A stretch of 64,000 bases of DNA from assembly GCA_048617235.1 (NCBI GenBank), contig JBMCHT010000001.1, positions 54,043-118,042 on the forward strand, in the 5' to 3' direction. This stretch comes from Patescibacteria group bacterium. GTDB lineage: Bacteria > Patescibacteriota > Minisyncoccia > Phycocordibacterales > XYD1-FULL-46-19. Every line of letters begins with the position of its first letter. Within the stretch, counting starts at the first letter, position 1. A program made the position numbers and the translations under genes. Positions 27,052-36,755 of this stretch are shown one piece after another. The notes under the pieces are model-generated. The model was not told where the DNA came from. It ran no database searches and saw only the letters and a list, made by a program, of their open reading frames with translations.

Positions 27052-28425
27052 TTATTTTTCTTTTTCCAAATCTTTGGTTTCTTTTAATTCCAATTTTAAT
27101 CCAAGAGCAACCGGCTTTTCTTGCCAATAACCGTCTTGGCGACACAAAAGATCCTTGCTTTTATCCGGCTCTTTCATTAATTCCAAAACGGCTTTTTCCA
27201 TTCTTATAGCCTGAGAAGCTTTAAATAACACAACATCTCCCGGTTCTAATAAATCTTGTAATTCTCTGGCTGCTTTTTCGCTAGATTCAAACACTTTTAC
27301 TTCTTCCGGATTCATACCGGCATCAATAGCGGCTTCCGCTAAAAATCTGGCTCGTAAACCAACCGCAAATAATTTATCGCAAATACCGACGGCTTGTTTT
27401 CCGGCCTCTCGGTGAGAATTAACTGTTTCTGTTCCTAATTCCAACATATCTCCCAAAACCGCTATTTTCCGACCGTTTATCTCCAATTTATTTAATAAAT
27501 TTAAAGCACTGCTTAAAGCCTCCGGAGAAGAATTGTAAGTATCATCTATTAATAAAGTATTTTTTATACCCCAAATTAATCTCATTCTTCCCGGTGGTGA
27601 TTCATAAGCTGAAAAACTTTCGGTCATTTCCACTAAATTAAAACCGGAACCGAAACCGGCCGCTAAAGCCGCCAAAGCCGATTGCACGGCTCCTGAACCC
27701 AAAACCCCCATAATTCTAACCGGTACGGTTGAGCCCCCCATCTTAACACTAAAACCGGTTCCTACCGGCCACCGAAGATTATTATCTTCTTGGTAAATAA
27801 CATGAACTTCATGAGCCGCCACATCCGCCTTTTCACTTAAACCAAAACTTTTTGCTTGGCCGGAGAATAAAGCGACGGCTCCTTTGGCATCTTGATTGTC
27901 CTCATTATAAACCAGTAAACCGTCAGGTTTGAGAGTCTTGACCAATGAATGTTTTTCGGCCACCAAATGATCTCGGGAATTAAAAAATTCTATATGAGGA
28001 GGAATTTCGGGAATGGGATTAATAATAACAATTTCTGCAGATAACCACTCAGCCAATTGAGAAATATCTCTCGGCCTGTCTGCTCCTACTTCCAAAACCA
28101 GCCATTCCGGATAAGTTTTAGACCAAATTATTTTTTTAAATCCTTTTACTAAATTTTTTATCCAACCCCAATAACTATCCCAGGCAGTATCCAAATCTAA
28201 AACCGCCAAAGGTAAACCGATATCGCTGTTATAGCTTTTTTGGCTTTTACCGGTTTGAAAAAAAGAATTAAAAAGCGTATAAACCGCTTCTTTAGTGGAG
28301 GTTTTACCAATACTGCCGGTGATTAAAATCAATCTTGGTTTATACCTCCACAAAACCAAACGAGCCTCCCAAGTAAATAGGATTTTAACAAATTTTTTAA
28401 TTATATTTTTAAATGTATCTTTCAT
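27052..28425 (-). CDS. murF: Mur ligase family (UDP-MurNAc-tripeptide--D-Ala-D-Ala ligase MurF-like)
   Basis: 'LILITGSIGKTSTKEAV' Mur ligase P-loop. Position after ftsI in the dcw cluster. 457 aa. Confidence 0.7.
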   Translation of the reverse strand: MKDTFKNIIKKFVKILFTWEARLVLWRYKPRLILITGSIGKTSTKEAVYTLFNSFFQTGKSQKSYNSDIGLPLAVLDLDTAWDSYWGWIKNLVKGFKKIIWSKTYPEWLVLEVGADRPRDISQLAEWLSAEIVIINPIPEIPPHIEFFNSRDHLVAEKHSLVKTLKPDGLLVYNEDNQDAKGAVALFSGQAKSFGLSEKADVAAHEVHVIYQEDNNLRWPVGTGFSVKMGGSTVPVRIMGVLGSGAVQSALAALAAGFGSGFNLVEMTESFSAYESPPGRMRLIWGIKNTLLIDDTYNSSPEALSSALNLLNKLEINGRKIAVLGDMLELGTETVNSHREAGKQAVGICDKLFAVGLRARFLAEAAIDAGMNPEEVKVFESSEKAARELQDLLEPGDVVLFKASQAIRMEKAVLELMKEPDKSKDLLCRQDGYWQEKPVALGLKLELKETKDLEKEK

Positions 28426-28428
28426 ATA

Positions 28429-30168
28429 TTATTGATTATTAACCAAACCACGATCCGGTGGCACTTCATAATAACTTAAAAGAAAATCCGCCAAAGAAAC
28501 AAACGGTTCAACTAATGTATCCGAGGCAAATCTAACTCCTTCTCCTTGGGGTTCTATTAAGTACATAAAAACTAAAAATTGCGGTTCATAAGCCGGATAA
28601 TAACCAAAAAATGAGTGTAAATTTCTACTCTCTTCATAACCGCGACCGGTGGTCTGAGCTATTTGAGCCGTACCGGTTTTGGTAGCTATGCTGTAATTAG
28701 TCATTTTATATTTACCTCCCAATAAAGCCGAATCGAAAGCATTGACTAAAATTTGAGTTATCTCTTCAGTGGCCTTATCTGACAATACTCGGATTGGACT
28801 TGGTCTGTCAAGTAACTCTTCTCGACCATCCCGGTAATTTATTTTTTCTATAATATAAGGAGTAATTAAAAAACCGCCATTAGCTAAAGTGGCAAAAGCT
28901 CTGGTTAAAGCCAAAGGAGTAACAGCAATTCCTTGCCCGAAAGAAACCGTAGCATACTCAACTTGACGCGGACTCTGGAGATTAGAAACCAAGCTTTTAA
29001 CTTCATTTGGTAATTCAATCCCGGTGGTTTCTCCTAAACCGAAATTATACATATACTCCCGAAAAACTTCCCGACCCAATTGTTGCATTATAAAAACAAC
29101 TCCGGTATTTAAAGAATCATCTATTATTTTTTGCATATCTACCGTCCCTCGGCTTTTTTTATCGTAATTATGAATTCTAAAACCATCTAAGACAATTGAA
29201 CCCGCATCGTAATAAGTGGTCTCCGGTGAAACTACTCCGGCATCAAAACCGGCTACCATGGTTAAAGGTTTAAAAACCGAACCCATTTCAAAAACCCTTT
29301 CCACTAAAGGATTAGATAAAACCGCCAGATCTGATTGACTTTCTCCAGGATTAAAATCCGGCCAAGCCATCATACCCAAAATTTTACCATCACGAGGATC
29401 CATAATAACAGCACCGGCATTTTTAGCCTGAAATTTTTCAACTGTTTCTCGCATTTCTTTTTCCAGTCGTCTTTGAACCGTCGGCTCTATGGTTAAAACT
29501 AAATCTCCTTGATTATCAGATGGCTTTTCTTTGTCTTTTTGCCAACCAAAAAATATTTCAGCAAAAAAACTGGAAAAAGTACCACTTTGTTCATGGGTTA
29601 AAATATGATTAAAAGCTTTTTCCAATCCATAACGACCTTCCAGATTATAACCGTCATAACCAATTAAACCTAAAACATGACTAGCGGTTCGACCAGCCGG
29701 ATAATGTCTTTTTTTGTCGGCTCTAACACTAACCCCTCTTATATTTAAATTTTTAACTGCTTCTGCTTCCTCTTCCGTTAAATCTTGAGCTATTAACTGA
29801 TAAGCAGTTTCCTTGCGCCCGGCTCGGTCATTAAAAAATTCTTCATCTATATCCAAAACATTATCTAATAAATCATAAACCATAGCCGGTTGTTTAATTA
29901 AACGAGGATCTATAATAATGGAAAAATTTTGTTGCAAAATAGCAGCTGGCAATAAATCACCCTCTAAAGTGGTAAAAAAAATAGACCCCCGATTAAAATG
30001 AGGTCTGATTGTTCCTTGAAATTGATTATTAGCTCGAGTTCGTAAAGTTTCCCCTCTAACTATTTGCAAATCAAATAATCTGTAAGTAAAAAAAGAAGCC
30101 AAAAACAAAACTCCAATCAATATCAAATAAAGACGCAGGCGATTGTCATTAAACTTTATTTTAAACAT
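28429..30168 (-). CDS. ftsI: Class B penicillin-binding protein / division transpeptidase
   Basis: N-terminal TM, dimerisation domain. 'GSVFKP' (SxxK) and 'KTGTAQ' (KTG). Follows ftsL. Confidence 0.85.
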   Translation of the reverse strand: MFKIKFNDNRLRLYLILIGVLFLASFFTYRLFDLQIVRGETLRTRANNQFQGTIRPHFNRGSIFFTTLEGDLLPAAILQQNFSIIIDPRLIKQPAMVYDLLDNVLDIDEEFFNDRAGRKETAYQLIAQDLTEEEAEAVKNLNIRGVSVRADKKRHYPAGRTASHVLGLIGYDGYNLEGRYGLEKAFNHILTHEQSGTFSSFFAEIFFGWQKDKEKPSDNQGDLVLTIEPTVQRRLEKEMRETVEKFQAKNAGAVIMDPRDGKILGMMAWPDFNPGESQSDLAVLSNPLVERVFEMGSVFKPLTMVAGFDAGVVSPETTYYDAGSIVLDGFRIHNYDKKSRGTVDMQKIIDDSLNTGVVFIMQQLGREVFREYMYNFGLGETTGIELPNEVKSLVSNLQSPRQVEYATVSFGQGIAVTPLALTRAFATLANGGFLITPYIIEKINYRDGREELLDRPSPIRVLSDKATEEITQILVNAFDSALLGGKYKMTNYSIATKTGTAQIAQTTGRGYEESRNLHSFFGYYPAYEPQFLVFMYLIEPQGEGVRFASDTLVEPFVSLADFLLSYYEVPPDRGLVNNQ

Positions 30169-30179
30169 TTGTTTTGATT

Positions 30180-30503
30180 TTAATCAGTTGTCAAGCTGAC
30201 TACGGCTATTGGAGAAGTTTGTCTCTCGGCAAATATTATTCTATCTTTAGCATTTTCAAAACCCAAAGACTTAGCTAAATCCATATCTATCTGCTCGGAT
30301 AGATTTATAAATCTTTCAGTTAATACCGACACCTCTGTTTCCAATCTGGCAATGTCTAATTGACCTTGATCTCGATCTACTACATAAGCTATAGACTGAT
30401 TCAATAAAAACAAATATAAACCCAAAAATACGAGCAAAACAAAAACCACCGACCAAAAAAGTCTTTTCTGCCATTTTAAAATTTTAGAAGCAATAGTGGT
30501 CAT
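30180..30503 (-). CDS. ftsL: FtsL-like bitopic cell-division protein
   Basis: 107 aa, single TM then coiled-coil. Located between rsmH and ftsI. Confidence 0.5.
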   Translation of the reverse strand: MTTIASKILKWQKRLFWSVVFVLLVFLGLYLFLLNQSIAYVVDRDQGQLDIARLETEVSVLTERFINLSEQIDMDLAKSLGFENAKDRIIFAERQTSPIAVVSLTTD

Positions 30504-30535
30504 AATATTTTATTTATTTTCAAAATTATATTTAC

Positions 30536-31432
30536 TTATATTTTCTCTATAATTCTCAATTGAGCACTTCTGGCTCTGGGATTTTTTAAAATTTCAGCTC
30601 TGGTGGCTTTAATAGCGTTTTTAGTTATAATCCGACCTTCTTGTTTTAATTTAAAATCCTTAAAAACATCTTTGGTAACTTTAGCTTCCAAACCATGAAA
30701 AGAAATTACCGCCAAGCGTCCACCTTTATCTAAATGTTTCCAAATACCGATCATCCCTTCTTTTAAAGCTTCTAACTCTTCGTTAACTGCTATTCTTAGA
30801 GCTTGAAAAACCTTGGTGGCAAAATGCAGTCTTCTAGATTGTCCGGTTACCGGCTCCAAAACTTCCAATAAATCTCCAACTGTCAATAATGGTTTATTTT
30901 TCCGAGCCTTGACTATAACTTTGGCATAAAGCCTGGCTTTTTTTTCTTCACCGTAATAAAAGAAAATATCAGCCAACTCTTGTTCGGAATAACTATTCAA
31001 AATATCCGCCGCTGTCATTTTGGATTCCGGCTCCCCTGTCCCCAAGCTCATAATTAAAGGATCAGTCGGAACTTGAAAAGATAAACCGCGACCGGCAGTC
31101 AATTGATCGGAACTAAAACCTAAATCTAAAAGAGCACCGTTTAATTTATCTATTCCCAAATTTTTTAAAATAATATCAGCTCGACGAAAATTATCCTTAA
31201 CCGAAGTCACCTTAATAGCATATCTATGAGACAAATCTTCAATATTGTTCAAAGCTTGCTCATCCATATCAAAACCAATCATATGACCACCGGGAGTAAT
31301 AGCTTGAGCCAATAAATCGGCATGACCTCCTCCACCAATTGTTCCATCTAAAACTGTTTGCCCCGATTTCAAATCCAAACCGGCTACAACCTCATCCGGC
31401 AATACCGCTTGATGATTAGAGTTTACCGACAT
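30536..31432 (-). CDS. rsmH: 16S rRNA (cytosine1402-N4)-methyltransferase
   Basis: 'VLDGTIGGGGHADLL' SAM-binding motif. mraZ-rsmH order. Confidence 0.9.
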   Translation of the reverse strand: MSVNSNHQAVLPDEVVAGLDLKSGQTVLDGTIGGGGHADLLAQAITPGGHMIGFDMDEQALNNIEDLSHRYAIKVTSVKDNFRRADIILKNLGIDKLNGALLDLGFSSDQLTAGRGLSFQVPTDPLIMSLGTGEPESKMTAADILNSYSEQELADIFFYYGEEKKARLYAKVIVKARKNKPLLTVGDLLEVLEPVTGQSRRLHFATKVFQALRIAVNEELEALKEGMIGIWKHLDKGGRLAVISFHGLEAKVTKDVFKDFKLKQEGRIITKNAIKATRAEILKNPRARSAQLRIIEKI

Positions 31433-31850
31433 GTCCCAATTGTTCTGCTAAAACATCAGCTTGCTTGCGAGTATCGGCACTATGACTGTCCCAACGATCT
31501 TCATCCCAAATTTCTACCCTGGTATATACTCCGGCCACTACAACTTTTTGTTTTATTCCGGAAAAATTTTTTAAAAAATCCGGCAATAAAACTCGACCGG
31601 CCTTATCTATTTCCGCTTCTACCGCTCCGGATAACATAAAACGACTGATCCGACGATTATCGGCTTGACCGATAGATAAACCGGCTAAATGAGCCGCTAC
31701 CACTTCCCATTCTTTTTGAGGATAGACAAATAAACAATTGTCAAAGCCGTGAGTAATTATCACCTTTCGACCTAATTCTTTACGAAATTTAGCCGGCAAA
31801 GCCAGACGTTTTTTCGCATCTAAGGTATGATGATATTCTCCTATTAACAT
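31416..31850 (-). CDS. mraZ: Transcriptional regulator MraZ
   Basis: 'MLIGEYHHTLDAKKRLALPAKFRKEL' with duplicated DXXXR/SpoVT-AbrB-like halves. Confidence 0.9.
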   Translation of the reverse strand: MLIGEYHHTLDAKKRLALPAKFRKELGRKVIITHGFDNCLFVYPQKEWEVVAAHLAGLSIGQADNRRISRFMLSGAVEAEIDKAGRVLLPDFLKNFSGIKQKVVVAGVYTRVEIWDEDRWDSHSADTRKQADVLAEQLGHVGKL

Positions 31851-31860
31851 ATTAATAATT

Positions 31861-31925
31861 TATATAATTACCCACTTCGACCCACCTAATGACATTATAT
31901 ACCACCTGAGCCCACTTAACCAAAT
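31861..31925 (-). promoter_or_regulatory. mraZ promoter region with MraZ-type direct repeats (GTGGG x4, 10-bp phased) flanking a TATAAT
   Basis: Minus strand 'aaGTGGGctcagGTGGtatataatgtcattagGTGGGtcgaaGTGGGtaat'. E. coli MraZ binds GTGGG repeats upstream of mraZ. Confidence 0.5.
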
Positions 31926-31996
31926 AATCCACTGTGGATAAACAAAAAACCGGCTAATTTTAAGCCGATTTAATTTAAATTTTAAAATTATATTAT

Positions 31997-33451
31997 TTAT
32001 TCCGGACGAACTAAAGGAAAAAGAGTGGCTTCTCTTAAAGTTTTATCAGCCAAAAAAGCAAACAATCTTTCACCAACTCCAAAACCAAAAGTTGGAGGCA
32101 TACCATGTTCTAACATTTGAACATAATCCCAATCCGGCATCATAGCTTCTTCATCTCCGGCTTGTAACAATTTAGCTTGTTCTTCAAATCTACGAGCTTG
32201 TTCTTGAGGATCATTTAATTCGGCATGAGCCCGCCCCAACTCACTACCGGCTAAGATTACTTGAAAAGTTTTGGTTAAACGTGAATCATCTTCAGATAAA
32301 CTGGATAAAGGAGCCACTATTTTAGGATGATTTACTAAAAAAGCCGGACCGCTTATTTGTTTACGACAATATTTCCATAAAGAATCTGTCATTCTTTCTC
32401 GATTATCACCCTCATATTCAACTTGTAATTCTTTTAATTTAGCCCGGAGATCATTTTCAGTAACTTCTAAAACATTAATTCCAGTCATAGATAGAATAGT
32501 ACTAACATAATCTAATTCTTCCCAATCATCGGCTAAATCAAATTTATAACCTCTGGTTTCAAAAGATGTCCTCCCAAACACTGTTTGAGCGATGGTGCGA
32601 TATAATTCTTTTATCATTTCTTGTCCAACGGTAAAATTCAAATAGGCGGCATAAAATTCCATATTAGTAAACTCTTGTAGATGATCGGGACTACTACCTT
32701 CATTCCTGTAAACCTTACCAATTTCATAAGTTCGAGGATAACCGGCGGCTATTAATCTTTTTTGCCATAATTCCCCTACTGAGATTCTTAAATATAGATC
32801 TATATCAAAATCATTATGATAAGTTTTAAAAGGACGAGCTTCGGCTCCTCCGGTGGTTAATTCTAAAGTTGGAGTTTCAACTGCCATAAACCCTTTTTCT
32901 TCTAAAAATAATCTAATTGTTTTCCAGAATAGACTTTTTTTAATAAATAAATCCTTTAACTCCGGATTGGTTAGTATATCTAAATAGCGTTTACGTAATC
33001 TTGTTTCCTCATCTTTGAGACCGCTCCATTTATTCGGTAAAGGTTGTAAACTTTTAACCAAAATATTCCAGGCTTTAGCTTCTAAACTTGATTGTCCTGT
33101 CTTGGTTAAAAAAGCATAACCGGTAACTTCGATCACATCTCCAATATCTATCGCTTGCTCAAATAAATCAAATTGCTTATCTGTTAGATTATCTTTCTTT
33201 AAAATTACCTGACCTTTAGCCGAACCATCATCAATATCTACAAATAACAGACCACCCTGACCTCTTTTGGCCATAATTCGTCCAACTAAAACCACTTCTT
33301 CATTACCATCCAATCTTTTTTTAAAATTAGTTAAAAAACTCTGCCAAGTTTCAGTTAGCCGACAATTATTTGCATACGGTCTATAACCGGCCGCCTGTAA
33401 TATCTCTAATTTTTTAAGACGATCTTTTTTTATTTCTTCTAAAGAAGCCAT
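31997..33451 (-). CDS. lysS: Lysyl-tRNA synthetase (class II)
   Basis: N-terminal OB anticodon-binding domain. Class II motifs, e.g. 'FRNEGSSPDHLQEFTNMEFY', 'ELGRAHAELNDP'. Confidence 0.9.
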   Translation of the reverse strand: MASLEEIKKDRLKKLEILQAAGYRPYANNCRLTETWQSFLTNFKKRLDGNEEVVLVGRIMAKRGQGGLLFVDIDDGSAKGQVILKKDNLTDKQFDLFEQAIDIGDVIEVTGYAFLTKTGQSSLEAKAWNILVKSLQPLPNKWSGLKDEETRLRKRYLDILTNPELKDLFIKKSLFWKTIRLFLEEKGFMAVETPTLELTTGGAEARPFKTYHNDFDIDLYLRISVGELWQKRLIAAGYPRTYEIGKVYRNEGSSPDHLQEFTNMEFYAAYLNFTVGQEMIKELYRTIAQTVFGRTSFETRGYKFDLADDWEELDYVSTILSMTGINVLEVTENDLRAKLKELQVEYEGDNRERMTDSLWKYCRKQISGPAFLVNHPKIVAPLSSLSEDDSRLTKTFQVILAGSELGRAHAELNDPQEQARRFEEQAKLLQAGDEEAMMPDWDYVQMLEHGMPPTFGFGVGERLFAFLADKTLREATLFPLVRPE

Positions 33452-33456
33452 TTAAC

Positions 33457-33918
33457 TTATTTTATCTCCTTGATTTTATATTCAATTTCTCCATTAGGAG
33501 TTCTTACTTTTACTGTATCACCTTTTTTAAAACCCAGCAAAGCACTACCCAAAGGAGATTCATGAGAAATCTTTCCGGTTTTCATATCGGTTTCGGCCGA
33601 ACCGACAATATTATACTCCACTTCTTTATCACTATTTGTTTTTTTAACCACTACAGTTGAACCTACTTCTACAATATCTCCATGTTTATCTGAGATTATA
33701 GTGGCATTTTTTAACATCTCTTTAATTTGAGAAATACGAGCTTCCAGATCCGCTTGTTTTTCTCTGGCTTCATGGTATTCAGCATTTTCAGATAAATCTC
33801 CCAAAGAAGTGGCAAACTCTAACTCAGAAGCAACCTCTCGCCTTTTAACTGTAGTTAACAATTTTAGTTCTTCCTCTAATTCTTTATATTTTTCAGCACT
33901 TAAATAAATCTCAGTCAT
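33457..33918 (-). CDS. greA: Transcription elongation factor GreA
   Basis: N-terminal coiled coil with acidic tip. C-terminal FKBP-like 'SPLGSALLGFKKGDTVKV'. Confidence 0.9.
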   Translation of the reverse strand: MTEIYLSAEKYKELEEELKLLTTVKRREVASELEFATSLGDLSENAEYHEAREKQADLEARISQIKEMLKNATIISDKHGDIVEVGSTVVVKKTNSDKEVEYNIVGSAETDMKTGKISHESPLGSALLGFKKGDTVKVRTPNGEIEYKIKEIK

Positions 33919-33983
33919 AAAATATTGTTTTAAAATGAATAATCAGGATAGCATTATAAAGGAAACCGTTTTAAAAGTCTACT

Positions 33984-35705
33984 TTATTTTAAAAAATATT
34001 CCGGCCTATTTTCTTCTATCCAATCAAATAAACGGCGACTGGCCGTGCCGGCTCCAACATTACCCTCTCGAGACCCTCGCTCCATCACTAAAGCAAAAGC
34101 ATAAACCGGATTATCCATTGGCCAAAAGCCAATCATCCAAGAATTGACAAATTTTTTACCGGCATCTATTTCAGCCGTTCCGGTTTTAACCGCCATCTGC
34201 ACTCCGGGGATATTCAAGCTACGGGCTGTACCTTCTGTGGTAGTCATGCGCATACCTTCTCTAACTACCTGCAAATTTGATTCATTTAAATCCAGATCAA
34301 CATACTTTGGTTCTTGATTCATCACTAAAGCAGGAGTAAGTAATCGACCGGAGGCAATAGCGGCCGACAACCTGGCCATTTGTATCGGGGTGACCAAAAA
34401 ACCAAACTGACCAATAGCCGTATGATAAGTATCTCCTAAGCGCCAAGCATCTCCATCAAAACGAGAGGCTTTCCATTCCGGATTAGGAATTATTCCTTTA
34501 GACTCATTAGGTAGAGGAATACCGGTTTTTTGACCTAAACCAAATAAATGGCCGTAATCATAAATACGACTTATACCCAAACCCGGCTGATCACCATAAC
34601 CACCACCTATATAATAAAAATAAATATTAGAAGATACTGCCAAAGCTTGCCTTAAATTTGTCGAACCATGATTTTCCCAATCCATAAAAATACTGGGTTG
34701 ATCGGGAAAATAAGGATTAGCTACTTCTAATCTGTCGCTACTGACTATTGCTTTATCCGGCCTAATAATTCCTTCCTCCAAAGCGGCCACCGCTATATAG
34801 GGTTTAACAATAGAACCGGGAGTATAAACTCCGGATAAAGCCCTGTTCAAAAAAGGTTGTCGCGAATCATTAAAATATTCCTGTAAAACAGACAATGGAT
34901 CTCTATTTGTTACCACTTGAGAAGAGAATTCGGGATAACTTACCAATGAAATTAGTTCCCCACTATTAACATCCATCATTACAAAAGCGCCACCGGTAAA
35001 ATTATGATCATCCGCTATATCGGCTAGAATCTCATAAGCTTTTTCTTGTAAACTGGCGTCTATGGTTAATTCCAATTTATTACCAGATTGAGATAGACGC
35101 AAAACGTGATCAGATAAAATTTGCCCTCGAGCATCGGTTTCCTCTATTTTTACTCCGCGTTGACCGGCTAAAACATCATTAAAAGTTAATTCTACTCCGG
35201 TCTGACCGATCCATTCTTCTGGATGCCAACGACCGGTAGATAGTTGTTCATCATTAGGCAAACCTACAAATCCCACCACGTGAGCCAAGCCCTGCGAATC
35301 CGAATATAAACGTTTTCCATCTTGGTTCCAAGCCAACAATTCTCCGTATCTATCGGTAATATAACCTCTCTCAGGAAAAATAACTTGATGACTTAATTTG
35401 TTAATCTCGGATCTCTTTGCCAAATCCCCACCTTTAACCACCTGCACAAAAACCACCTGTAAAAATAAAAGGAATAAAACCGCTAAAGAAAAAAATCCTA
35501 AAACCAAAATATGTTTTTTTTCAATCGGTTGAACCAAACGCCCTTCCAGCTGCTGATTATTTACACTGGGCAAATTGCGACTATCCAACATTATTTCATC
35601 AGGAAAAATTTCTCCTTTAGATTTTTTTTTTGAAAAACGTCTTTTATTAAAAAACATAAAATTCGCCATAATTAATAATCGGACCAAAACCAAATCGGTC
35701 GCCAC
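33984..35705 (-). CDS. mrdA: Class B penicillin-binding protein (elongasome PBP2)
   Basis: 'GSIVKP' SxxK, 'KTGTAE' KTG. Immediately downstream of mreBCD. Confidence 0.8.
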   Translation of the reverse strand: MATDLVLVRLLIMANFMFFNKRRFSKKKSKGEIFPDEIMLDSRNLPSVNNQQLEGRLVQPIEKKHILVLGFFSLAVLFLLFLQVVFVQVVKGGDLAKRSEINKLSHQVIFPERGYITDRYGELLAWNQDGKRLYSDSQGLAHVVGFVGLPNDEQLSTGRWHPEEWIGQTGVELTFNDVLAGQRGVKIEETDARGQILSDHVLRLSQSGNKLELTIDASLQEKAYEILADIADDHNFTGGAFVMMDVNSGELISLVSYPEFSSQVVTNRDPLSVLQEYFNDSRQPFLNRALSGVYTPGSIVKPYIAVAALEEGIIRPDKAIVSSDRLEVANPYFPDQPSIFMDWENHGSTNLRQALAVSSNIYFYYIGGGYGDQPGLGISRIYDYGHLFGLGQKTGIPLPNESKGIIPNPEWKASRFDGDAWRLGDTYHTAIGQFGFLVTPIQMARLSAAIASGRLLTPALVMNQEPKYVDLDLNESNLQVVREGMRMTTTEGTARSLNIPGVQMAVKTGTAEIDAGKKFVNSWMIGFWPMDNPVYAFALVMERGSREGNVGAGTASRRLFDWIEENRPEYFLK

Positions 35706-35941
35706 AGGTCAGCCAATAAAACTAAAGCTATAGTGGTTAACAATAACCAAACAGCCATTAAAAAATACTCGGACCATAAAGGCCAAAAAACCAAAGTAAT
35801 AAATAAAACCCACAAAGGCCATTCGTAAAAATAAGGGAAAAGCCAAGAGCCAATTAAACCTAAAATCCAAACCGGCCACCAAACACCAAATAAACACACC
35901 CCAAGCATTAACAATAACCAATGATAGCGTTTAATTGCCAT
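35672..35941 (-). CDS. mreD: Rod shape-determining protein MreD-like small polytopic membrane protein
   Basis: 89 aa, Trp-rich hydrophobic. Position after mreC. Confidence 0.45.
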   Translation of the reverse strand: MAIKRYHWLLLMLGVCLFGVWWPVWILGLIGSWLFPYFYEWPLWVLFITLVFWPLWSEYFLMAVWLLLTTIALVLLADLWRPIWFWSDY

Positions 35942-36755
35942 ATATTTCTACCCAAGTTATCTTATCCAAACTCAAAGGTAAGCCAACATAAACATTCAAT
36001 AAAGAACTGCTAGTTTCCTCTTCGGTGGCAGTTACTACTCCTATTAAATCTCGACTACCGGCCAACCAAACCGGATCTCCAATTTCAATTGGTGAATCAA
36101 GCGGAATGGTTCCAATCCAAGAACCACTACCTTGACCGTTTAAAACAAGAGGAAAAGACTCCCAGCCAACAATCACAGGGACTTCAACGCCAACCGAAGA
36201 ATAAAGTTTGACCATCAAATTTTCCCCTGATTGTTTTATTATCTGACCTAAAATTAAAGTACCATCTATTTTTACCAAATCCCCTTCCTGAATAGAAGTT
36301 TTATCCTCTTGTTTTACATCTATCATTAAAATATCAAAACCCATAAAAGTTGGCCCAGCCAATACCCGACCTACAGCTTTAGGTAAGAATTCCTCTTCCT
36401 CTCTTTCAAAAACTCGACGTAATTCTTTTAACTCAACCAAATTATCCAACCACTTAACTCTTTCTATTTCCAATTTATTTACCTTTTCAACCAATTCTTG
36501 ATTAGTCTCTATTAATTTTTTTTTAGTAGAAAACCAACCACCGGATTGCTCTTCCAATTCAGCTATATTCCTATCACCCCACCACCAGAATTTAGCCAAA
36601 AACCAAGAACCACCACTTAGATAATTAGCTCCAAAAAACAAAATAAACAACAATACAACCAAACCCAAACCAAACCAATAAATAGATTTTCTTTTTTTAT
36701 CTCTGTTTTTAAAAACAGTTTTTTTATCGAGGAGGTAGTTCATCTTCATTATCAA
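35931..36755 (-). CDS. mreC: Rod shape-determining protein MreC
   Basis: N-terminal TM, coiled coil 'LVEKVNKLEIERVKWLDNLVELKEL'. C-terminal beta-rich domain. Confidence 0.75.
   Translation of the reverse strand: MIMKMNYLLDKKTVFKNRDKKRKSIYWFGLGLVVLLFILFFGANYLSGGSWFLAKFWWWGDRNIAELEEQSGGWFSTKKKLIETNQELVEKVNKLEIERVKWLDNLVELKELRRVFEREEEEFLPKAVGRVLAGPTFMGFDILMIDVKQEDKTSIQEGDLVKIDGTLILGQIIKQSGENLMVKLYSSVGVEVPVIVGWESFPLVLNGQGSGSWIGTIPLDSPIEIGDPVWLAGSRDLIGVVTATEEETSSSLLNVYVGLPLSLDKITWVEIYGN

Noticed and set aside
26924-27145. 73-aa minus-strand ORF overlapping tRNA-Glu
   Set aside because: It covers a well-folded tRNA. The Arg/Lys-rich translation is typical of a tRNA-sequence ORF artefact.
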